Source: a virus (Duplodnaviria; Caudoviricetes). From it: a stretch of DNA of 42,148 bases. Below, one piece after another: positions 35,619 through 42,148 of the stretch. Position numbers and translations under genes: made by a program. The stretch spans positions 1-42,148 of the IMG/VR virus record IMGVR_UViG_3300032302_000165; one strand, written 5' to 3'. The notes under the pieces are model-generated. The model did no database searches, was not told where the DNA came from, and was given only the letters and a program-made list of their open reading frames with translations. Within the stretch, counting starts at the first letter, position 1. Each line of letters starts with the position of its first letter.

Positions 35619-36595
35619 TGAAAAGCGCTTTTCTGTTTGATGGGACGGCTGATCTGCTGAATTTTGTTCAGCCATCTGCACTAGTTGATTATCAGTTCCG
35701 CCTGCAAGGAACGCTGACAAATTACGGCAGTGTTGGCGGGTCGCTAACACTGACTCGCTCCGGCAACGGTACGTTTATTGGCAGCAACGGCCTATTGCAA
35801 ACAGCCAGCACAAACGTTGCGAGGTTTGATTTTGATCCCGTGTCACTGACGCGGCGAGGATTGTTGTTTGAGGGGCAGGCTACAAATCTTGTCCGCGATA
35901 GTGAAGACTTTGCCGGACTTGGCTGGGTTCTTGCCCAATCTATTATGTTTGGCACAACAAGAACTACTTACACAGGACTGTTGCCAAATGGAAATACTGG
36001 CACTATTTATAGATTTGTATTTAGTGGAGGCACGGCTGGCTACTCTATTGCTTGGAATGGTTCAAATACTCCGCAAGCAAACGTTGCAGTCCCGGCCGCA
36101 TCTGTTTGGATTAAAAGAGTATCGGGGGCGGCTAGTATAAATTTATACATTCAATCAACTACTACTGGACCGCCCTCAGCTGCATGGGCATCTGAAGAAT
36201 TTACACTTACCAGCGAATGGCGGAGATATGGTTTTGCCAAGGCTTTGACTGGAACCAAGGCCGGAAATTTGGGCATTTTTATCGGTAATGATAGTCGGCC
36301 AACTGGCGGCACATTTTCTGCTGTTACTGTTGACGTGTATGGCGCCCAACTGCAGACAGATCGGGTTGACTCGTATATCCCAACCGCCGGTGCAACCGCA
36401 ACCCGCTTCGCTGATGCCGCCAGCCTGACCGGCCTCCCAACGACAAACGTCACGCTGGTCGAGAAGCCAGCCGGTTGTGCAACCCTGTCAGCCGGCACCT
36501 TGACCCTAAACACGGGCTACACAATCGACCGAATCATGGTGCTACCTGGCACTTATTCAGCCGATCAGGTTGCAACCATCCGGGGGCTGATGTGA
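35618..36595 (+). CDS. Head-spike/fibre-like protein with carbohydrate-binding-like module
   Basis: TRSGNGTFIGSNGLLQTA..RFDFDP..GLLFEGQATNL and YGAQLQ..SYIPT..ATRFAD motifs. Confidence 0.7.
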   Translation: MKSAFLFDGTADLLNFVQPSALVDYQFRLQGTLTNYGSVGGSLTLTRSGNGTFIGSNGLLQTASTNVARFDFDPVSLTRRGLLFEGQATNLVRDSEDFAGLGWVLAQSIMFGTTRTTYTGLLPNGNTGTIYRFVFSGGTAGYSIAWNGSNTPQANVAVPAASVWIKRVSGAASINLYIQSTTTGPPSAAWASEEFTLTSEWRRYGFAKALTGTKAGNLGIFIGNDSRPTGGTFSAVTVDVYGAQLQTDRVDSYIPTAGATATRFADAASLTGLPTTNVTLVEKPAGCATLSAGTLTLNTGYTIDRIMVLPGTYSADQVATIRGLM

Positions 36596-36711
36596 TGCCG
36601 TTCAGTGTCATCGAGGTGCTCTGTTGGTGCCCAGGCCATTACGACCGATGCTGCCCAGCTCGGCAGCACGGTTGCAAACGCTAGCGATGTGCAGCTGGCA
36701 ATTTCTTACGT

Positions 36712-36831
36712 CTAACCCTCCTGAGAGACCGACACGAACACCGTGCCCTTGGCCAACAGGGGCACGATCTTGTCGCGCAGCCTGAAGCCGAACTGGTGAG
36801 GCGTTTTGGTTGGGCCGACGAGCTGAGCCAT
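36712..36831 (-). pseudogene. 39-aa ORF resembling an internally deleted L,D-transpeptidase-like gene
   Basis: MAQLVGPTKTPHQFGFR|LRDKIVPLLAKGTVFVSVSQEG; both halves recall the termini of cyanophage YkuD-like proteins (from memory). Confidence 0.4.
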
Positions 36832-36844
36832 GATGGGTTGAGAG

Positions 36845-36858
36845 CTACACCCATGTAA
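36845..36858. promoter_or_regulatory. Palindromic site between divergent starts (36831 minus, 36861 plus)
   Basis: CTACA-CCCA-TGTAA. Confidence 0.6.
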
Positions 36859-36860
36859 CC

Positions 36861-37151
36861 GTGGCCGATCACCAAGAACAACTGGAGTCGATCCAGGCCA
36901 AGCTGCTGAAAGAGATCGACGAGGCCCTTGATGTCCGTGTTCTTGAAGACGGCAGTGTGAGAGTGCCGACCGACGAGGACAAGCGCCTGGCCCTGGCGGT
37001 GCTCAAGCACAACGGAATCACCTCCTCAATTGGTGATTCGCAGAGGGAAAAGCTCAAGGCAAAGATCAGCAGCAACATCGACAGCAGCCGCATCAGGGAA
37101 AAGCGCCGCCTGGTGGCGCTGCCCACCCCTCCGGTGGAGGGGGCGGCGTGA
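36861..37151 (+). CDS. terS: Terminase small subunit (T7 gp18-like)
   Basis: EDKRLALAVLKHNGIT resembles the gp18 LKDNGI motif; size and adjacency to TerL. Confidence 0.7.
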   Translation: MADHQEQLESIQAKLLKEIDEALDVRVLEDGSVRVPTDEDKRLALAVLKHNGITSSIGDSQREKLKAKISSNIDSSRIREKRRLVALPTPPVEGAA

Positions 37152-37159
37152 TTACCCAT

Positions 37160-39067
37160 CTATCCGGATTTTCCGGATGGTTGGGCCAAGGGCCGCGGCT
37201 CCCGGCTGACGCCTCCCTGGGGCCCCCGTTGCGCCGGCCGCCGACCGCCCAGCACCAGGGTGTCGATCGCGCTCGCGTCATCGCTCAGAAACAGCTCCAG
37301 CAGGGCATCCTCCTCTTCATCCACCCGCCGCTGCTGCTCCTTCTCCTGGTCCTTTGCCAGCAAATCCAGGAAATGCTTCACGCCAAACGAGAGCACGTCC
37401 GCCCGGTCGTCCCATTCCAGGCTGCCCTTCTCAATCGTGATGCGTGAGAGCTGATACGGCAGGGAGCGGAGGTGGCCATGCTCCGGGTCCTGCTCGGCCT
37501 CGGCATAGCTGCGCTGCAGCACCTGCTTGGCCACAATCAGTCGGTGCTGCTGGATCAACGGCGCCAGAAGGTCCACAATCCGCCGCTCCTTCTGCTGGCT
37601 AACTCGCTCCTCCTCGACCATGACCCGGTAGATCCGGGTCATTACCGGTTGCAGCAGGGCCGCAAACATGCCATCGCCGAAGTTGGACTCGGCCTTCACC
37701 GTGACGACCCTCCAGTGCTTGGCACGCTGGGCCAGCATCGTCAGCACCTCCTCCCCGTAGCCGGCGCTGGTGCCGCCCTCTTCAAGCAGGAAGATGTTGC
37801 CGTTGAGCTCCGCCATCACGCACCAGGCCAGCTCGTCCTTGCCGCGGCCGGAAGGATCGATGAACAGGCCGGCGTTCCACTTCTCCTCCCGTGGCAGCCA
37901 GCTACCGAGGACCTTCGGCTTGTGGTAGTGCCGATCGGCGCCCATCCCCACGCACACCAGATCGGTGTGGCGCAGCTCGGCATCGTCAAACCAGACCACC
38001 AGCTCCGGCAGGGCCTTCCCATCCAGCGACAGCACCACCAGGTCGCCAAGGCGGATCGGATAGCGATCGGCTGTGCTGATCCTGGTGTTCAGCATCCACT
38101 GCAGCTGCCAGTTCTGGCGGCTCAGCCGGCTCTGGCGGCCCAGCAGTTCTTCGTGATCGAAGCGCTCCGGATCGGTGGGCATCCCCACCAGCTCCGGATG
38201 CGCCTGCACCTCCGCAGCAATCAACGGATCAAGGTGCCCCTCGTAGGCCCCCCACTCGTCCGGCTTGCTGGGATCCGGATACCGGCAGGGCCAGAAGCGG
38301 ATGGCATAGCCCCGCTCGCGCACCAGCCGCCAATAGAGGCTTGTTTCAAGGTGAGGGGTGCCCTTGTAGCAGATCTTCCGCGGGAACACCTGCCGCACCT
38401 GGTCGGCCATGTCGTAGCTGGGAGGATTCGCTGCGTCCCAGTCACGATCGGCCGGCTTGATGATCGATTCGAGCTCGCTGATTGCGTGAAACAACCGCTC
38501 GACCTTGAGCGGTGTGATCGAGTTGTTCAGGGTCTCGATGTCATCGGGCACGATGAAGGTGGCCCGCTTCCCGGTCAGCGCTGACGCCAGAATCCCCGAG
38601 GCCCGCACAGAAGGCGCCTGCTCCGCCCCGATCCGGGCCGGCGCCACATTGAACGCACCGGCAGCCTTGAGACCATCAGGCCGCGGCTGCAGGCACCGCA
38701 AGATGTCGATGCTCTGGGTCCAGGCCAGCATCTGCCCGGTGATCTCTGCCGCCTTCTCGTCCGTGTTCGAGGCGATCAGCACCCGCTCATTAAAGGGATC
38801 GATCCGCAGCCGCCGCATCGCATCGATGGCGGCCAGCGTGGACTTGGCCACCCCCCGGAAACCGACGGTGATCTGGAACTGGGGGCCTGAATCGCCCCAC
38901 TCGATGATGCCCAGCTGCTGCTTGGTTGGCTCATCGGCCAGGCCCAGCTCCTGCAGGATGTAGGCCGCAAACGCATCGGCCGGCCACAGCTCCTCTGGCA
39001 GCGGCTCCCAATCAGGGATCAACGGGAAACCCCCGCCAAGGCAAGCCCGGACGGGGATCTCCTGCAC
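37160..39067 (-). CDS. terL: Terminase large subunit (T7 gp19-like DNA maturase B)
   Basis: GFRGVAKS Walker A, LTGKRA, DDIE Walker B, DPSGRGKDE, ESNFGDGMF, QKERRI, DDRADVL. Confidence 0.95.
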   Translation of the reverse strand: MQEIPVRACLGGGFPLIPDWEPLPEELWPADAFAAYILQELGLADEPTKQQLGIIEWGDSGPQFQITVGFRGVAKSTLAAIDAMRRLRIDPFNERVLIASNTDEKAAEITGQMLAWTQSIDILRCLQPRPDGLKAAGAFNVAPARIGAEQAPSVRASGILASALTGKRATFIVPDDIETLNNSITPLKVERLFHAISELESIIKPADRDWDAANPPSYDMADQVRQVFPRKICYKGTPHLETSLYWRLVRERGYAIRFWPCRYPDPSKPDEWGAYEGHLDPLIAAEVQAHPELVGMPTDPERFDHEELLGRQSRLSRQNWQLQWMLNTRISTADRYPIRLGDLVVLSLDGKALPELVVWFDDAELRHTDLVCVGMGADRHYHKPKVLGSWLPREEKWNAGLFIDPSGRGKDELAWCVMAELNGNIFLLEEGGTSAGYGEEVLTMLAQRAKHWRVVTVKAESNFGDGMFAALLQPVMTRIYRVMVEEERVSQQKERRIVDLLAPLIQQHRLIVAKQVLQRSYAEAEQDPEHGHLRSLPYQLSRITIEKGSLEWDDRADVLSFGVKHFLDLLAKDQEKEQQRRVDEEEDALLELFLSDDASAIDTLVLGGRRPAQRGPQGGVSREPRPLAQPSGKSG

Positions 39068-39113
39068 CTACCGGACGGGCTACCACACCCAACCGACGAA
39101 GCCAGCATACCGC

Positions 39114-39638
39114 TCACTCCGGAACGTCCCCGTTGCCCTCGTCCACCAGGTTTTGCACCTGGGCAATCAGCTCATCCCTGGAGACCCATCGATTGAGCTT
39201 CACCCCGAACTGATCCGCGGCAAAGGTGACCAGCTGTGTCTTGGAGAAACTGGAGAAATCGCGGTCCTCGATCTGCTGATCCACAGCGGCCGGCATTGCT
39301 TCCTCTTCGCCAGTGGCCTCCTGCTCCGCCTCCTCGGCCCCTTCCTGCACGATCTCCAGCGGAGACCGCCACTGGCCGGCTGGGGCCTCTTCGGCGGCAT
39401 CCTGGCCCGCTGTGGCGGGCTCGTCCTCGGCCCCCTGCGCCTTTTCGGCCCGCTGCGTTGCCAGCCGCTCCTCCAGCTCCAGCGCATCCGCCAGCCTCAA
39501 CCGCAGCGACTCCTCCCCGGGCACGTAGCTCCCACGCGCCAGCTGTTGCTCAAGTCCCTGCTGCACAGCCCAAGGCGGAACATCCGAGCCAAAACCGGTC
39601 AGCCACAGAGCCTCCTTCTCGCTGTTGCTCAGGTACAT
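39114..39638 (-). CDS. Acidic protein with C-terminal HeH/Rho-N-like motif
   Basis: FSSFSKTQLVTFAADQFGVKLNRWVSRDELIAQV; palindrome ATCCA-CCCA-TGTAC overlaps its ATG. Confidence 0.65.
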   Translation of the reverse strand: MYLSNSEKEALWLTGFGSDVPPWAVQQGLEQQLARGSYVPGEESLRLRLADALELEERLATQRAEKAQGAEDEPATAGQDAAEEAPAGQWRSPLEIVQEGAEEAEQEATGEEEAMPAAVDQQIEDRDFSSFSKTQLVTFAADQFGVKLNRWVSRDELIAQVQNLVDEGNGDVPE

Positions 39639-39679
39639 GGGTGGATCGCAGCGTCAGGCGAAATCTAACGCCGGATCCC

Positions 39680-40129
39680 TCAGTCCTCCATGTCACCGCC
39701 ACAGTCGAAAGCCTCCTTGAACTGAGACCACAGGTGCCCCTCCTTCTGTGCCCTCCCGATCGAAAACAGGTTTGGGTCCAGCAGGTAGTACAGCTCCCCA
39801 GTCCGGCGGTTTCGGCAGCGCACCACCAGGTACTCCTTCCGCAGCCGAGTAATCGTCGTGTGGACGTTCGGCTCCTTGGTTCCCGATAGCTCCGCCAGGT
39901 ACGCCACGCTCGCCTTGATCCGCCCCTGGTCCCTCCCGGCGGCCTTGCACATGCACATCTGCAGAGCTCGCACAACCACCAGGTCACGCGGTTGCAATCG
40001 CTTCTGCCGCAGCAGCAGCAGCAGCCTGTCTTCCGTGGCGCTGGTGTCCGGCATGTAGGTCTTGATGAAATGCCTAGAGTCCATTCGTTGATCGCGTTTG
40101 GGGCGGTCAGACAGCCCGTTTGCATCCAC
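39680..40129 (-). CDS. Winged-HTH protein, RepL-like (start may be ATG 40084)
   Basis: SVAYLAELSGTKEPNVHTTITRLRK HTH followed by YYLLDPNLFSIG, similar to the RepL-family Y.lNP...G motif. Confidence 0.6.
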   Translation of the reverse strand: MDANGLSDRPKRDQRMDSRHFIKTYMPDTSATEDRLLLLLRQKRLQPRDLVVVRALQMCMCKAAGRDQGRIKASVAYLAELSGTKEPNVHTTITRLRKEYLVVRCRNRRTGELYYLLDPNLFSIGRAQKEGHLWSQFKEAFDCGGDMED

Positions 40130-40854
40130 TTCTGGTTTCGCAGCCCAGTCGTGGAGAGGGTTGTCGTTTTGGTCCTATATCGGACCGGATAAAGCTACCC
40201 CCTGAAACCCCCTCCACAACAGGCCGGCTTGGTATTCGCTCTAATGATCTCTCTAGTGATCCCATAGCAGCCGTCGATCCAAGGCCTCCGGTTGCCCGGC
40301 CTCATCGGTTCCCCCCCACCCCCCACACACACATCCCCTCTTCCACCGTGTGAATCCCGACGGAGCGAAGCGCAGACGGGATGCCCCGCCGGCGAGGCGG
40401 GCTGTTTACGGGCGATGGGGGGGCGAAGCCGTACGAGACACCATCCTCCCAATCACGGGATCCACTGCAGCCCTGGTGTCCACTGCTCCCCCAGCGCCCC
40501 GGAAAATGTGGCGCATTTGGTCGGGGGGTCCCCCAAGCGCTTGGCAAGCCAATCCCCCCCGGTGGGGTGGCCTATCTGCCCTGGCTGGGAGCCGTTGGCC
40601 ATGGATCCGGCAGCAGTAGAGACAGAACAGGGGCAGGGCAGGGGGTGTCGGTGGATTGAACATCCGCTGCAGGGTCAGACTGCCGTGGTGGCCAGGGGCA
40701 GGGGCCATCCGTCAACCCCCCTTTTGTAACGATTTACAACAACAGAGCAAAAGGCCCTTCCCCCAACCATTCCATCTGTGTAGTCTATGGAGGCCAGGGG
40801 AACCGCTGAGAACCGCGGAGCCTGGCACCACCTACCAACCAACCGAAGGAATCA
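40130..40854. promoter_or_regulatory. Large divergent non-coding control region (candidate early promoter, origin or genome termini)
   Basis: No convincing ORF; several hairpins; perfect IR TTGTAA-cgat-TTACAA 40724-40739; TAGTCT -10-like box at 40781. Confidence 0.55.
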
Positions 40855-41163
40855 ATGACGACGACCCGGGGCCTTAGTGCCCATCCGATTGAGATTGCTG
40901 CAGCTGGGGGTTTGGCCCTGCTGCCGTTGGCCGTTGCTGCAGTGGCAGCGGTGGCGGCGCTGGTGCTGACCGTTGCGGGCTGGAAGCCTGCGGCAGCGGT
41001 GGCCGTGGCACCTGCAGCGGTGGCCGTGGTGGCCGTGGCACCTGCAGCAGCGGCAGCGCTGCCAGTCCGTGAACTCCGCCAGCTGGCCCGTGCTGCAGGT
41101 CACCGGGCCCTGGCCCGCAACGGCCGCCGCGCCGATCTGCTGGCCGCCCTGGCCCTGGCCTGA
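40855..41163 (+). CDS. Membrane-anchored early protein with C-terminal Rho-N/HeH-like motif
   Basis: Hydrophobic helix, AVAVAP repeats, LPVRELRQLARAAG..GRRADLLAAL. Confidence 0.65.
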   Translation: MTTTRGLSAHPIEIAAAGGLALLPLAVAAVAAVAALVLTVAGWKPAAAVAVAPAAVAVVAVAPAAAAALPVRELRQLARAAGHRALARNGRRADLLAALALA

Positions 41164-41200
41164 GGCCTGCCCACCACCTACCCCACCACCACCTAACGCC

Positions 41201-41377
41201 ATGTTTGAGACCTTTTGCACCATCACCGACGACCAGGGCAGCCGCGTGGTGCCCACGGGCCACGCCTTCCACACGGCCGAGGCGGCCGATGCCCAGGTGG
41301 AAGCGCTGGAACGCTCCTACCCGGGTGAGCGGTTCTGGATTGGCTACCGCGAACCGGACAACGGCATCGGGTACTGA
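41201..41377 (+). CDS. Small early hypothetical protein
   Basis: ATG 26 nt after CACCTACC; 58 aa. Confidence 0.65.
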   Translation: MFETFCTITDDQGSRVVPTGHAFHTAEAADAQVEALERSYPGERFWIGYREPDNGIGY

Positions 41378-41444
41378 TCGCCGCGGCCCGCCGGGAGCCG
41401 TCACCAATCCCGGCAGCACCTACCCACCAACCACTCAAAGACCG

Positions 41445-41741
41445 ATGACGACAACCGCACCGGCCGCCGCCGATCCGATCTGGCGCCTTTACTCCGAAAA
41501 CCGGCCGGCATGGTGGCGACCGCTCGCCTCGAACCCGTGGCCCGGCAGCCGCCGCGCCTATCCCTGCTTGTTCGGCTGCAACGGCACCGGCCATCTTCCG
41601 CACTTCCAGCACATTGCAAATGGAGTGTGCTTCGGCTGCAAGGGTCGCGGCTGGCTGTATGGCCGCAACGAGATCAGCAAGCAGGCACCACAGCCGCCGC
41701 GGCGCTGGCGACTTGAAGGCCGCCGCATCATCCCCGCCTGA
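41445..41741 (+). CDS. Zinc-finger protein with two CxxCxGxG-type motifs
   Basis: CLFGCNGTG..HFQHIANGVCFGCKGRG. Confidence 0.7.
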   Translation: MTTTAPAAADPIWRLYSENRPAWWRPLASNPWPGSRRAYPCLFGCNGTGHLPHFQHIANGVCFGCKGRGWLYGRNEISKQAPQPPRRWRLEGRRIIPA

Positions 41742-41798
41742 AGCCAGCACGGAGGCCCCGCGGGGCTTCCCTGCTGCCCTCGGCAGCACACCTACCCA
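41735..41798 (+). repeat. 64-bp structured intergenic direct repeat, copy A
   Basis: Near-identical to 273-336. Confidence 0.9.
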
Positions 41799-41814
41799 TT
41801 AACCACCTACCACC

Positions 41815-42148
41815 GTGAACTACTTCCAAGGACTAAAAAGCGTTGCGGAGATCAAGTCCCACTATCGGGAACTAGCCCGCCAGTATCACCCGGACCTAGG
41901 CGGATGCTTGGAAACGATGAAGGCAATAAATGCGCAGTATCATCAATGCCTGAAGGCTGGTCATGGACAAGAGCAGGACGGCAGGAAGTACACCTACCAA
42001 TCAGAGCGAGAGCAGGAAATCATGAACAAGATCAGCGAATTGCTTAAACTGCCAGAGCTTCAGATCGATCTGATCGGTTTGTGGGTCTGGGTTCGTGGCA
42101 ACACAAAACCACAGAAGGAGGCCCTTAGGGAACAAGGCTGCCGCTGGC
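41815..42148 (+). CDS. J-domain (DnaJ-like) protein, 5' part; continues at window start to 272
   Basis: MNYFQGLKSVAEIKSHYRELARQYHPDLGGCLETMKAINAQY contains the HPD motif. Missed by the ORF track because it runs off the window. Confidence 0.88.
   Translation, partial: MNYFQGLKSVAEIKSHYRELARQYHPDLGGCLETMKAINAQYHQCLKAGHGQEQDGRKYTYQSEREQEIMNKISELLKLPELQIDLIGLWVWVRGNTKPQKEALREQGCRW
42026..42148. repeat. 123-bp exact end overlap, copy 2
   Basis: Identical to 1-123. Confidence 0.95.

Noticed and set aside
31903-36595. Diversity-generating retroelement acting on fibre genes
   Set aside because: No reverse transcriptase and no TR/VR repeat pair seen.
37134-40217. Invertase-type inverted repeats bounding the terL block (gtggaggggg / ccccctccac)
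   Set aside because: Only 10 bp and low complexity; each copy is explained by a local hairpin, and no invertase is present.
40724-40739. NtcA box
   Set aside because: Spacing is GTA-N6-TAC rather than GTA-N8-TAC.
40980-41060. CRISPR-like or satellite repeats (gcagcggtggccgtggcacct)
   Set aside because: Short coding repeats for an Ala/Val/Pro linker; no spacers and no cas genes.
42026-42148. 123-bp terminal repeat as the physical T7-like terminal repeat
   Set aside because: It falls mid-gene (J-domain ORF) and looks like assembler overlap. True termini more plausibly lie in 40130-40854.
1-42148. Cyanophage auxiliary metabolic genes (psbA, hli, talC, nrd)
   Set aside because: No ORF shows their motifs.

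Overview
The window is an apparently complete, circularly assembled (123-bp end overlap), high-GC T7-like podovirus genome. Gene content and the att target point to a temperate phage of picocyanobacteria (inference). Map: small early genes (40855-42148 continuing to 1-2291), MarR-type regulator, tyrosine integrase, attP carrying the 5' half of tRNA-Leu(TAA), single-subunit RNA polymerase, SSB, RuvC-like resolvase, a lambdoid/SPP1-style initiator and helicase-loader pair, T7 gp6-like exonuclease, portal, scaffold, capsid, tail tubes A/B, internal virion proteins, tailspike, fibre-like proteins, TerS, and a reverse-strand block (wHTH gene, HeH-like gene, TerL). I found no DNA polymerase, primase-helicase, RNR or photosynthesis genes. 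Main signals: (1) a 14-bp palindrome, CTRCA-N4-TGYAG, in most larger middle/late intergenic gaps, suggesting a genome-wide operator network; (2) replacement of the T7 replisome; (3) an H-Y-E ADP-ribosyltransferase-like low-GC insert and a ParB-like domain in a putative ejected protein; (4) an attP layout in which integration would cut RNAP off from the early region; (5) TerL inverted against TerS; (6) a hairpin plus CACCTACC element 26-28 nt before early start codons. All protein calls are by-eye motif recognition, not database searches.
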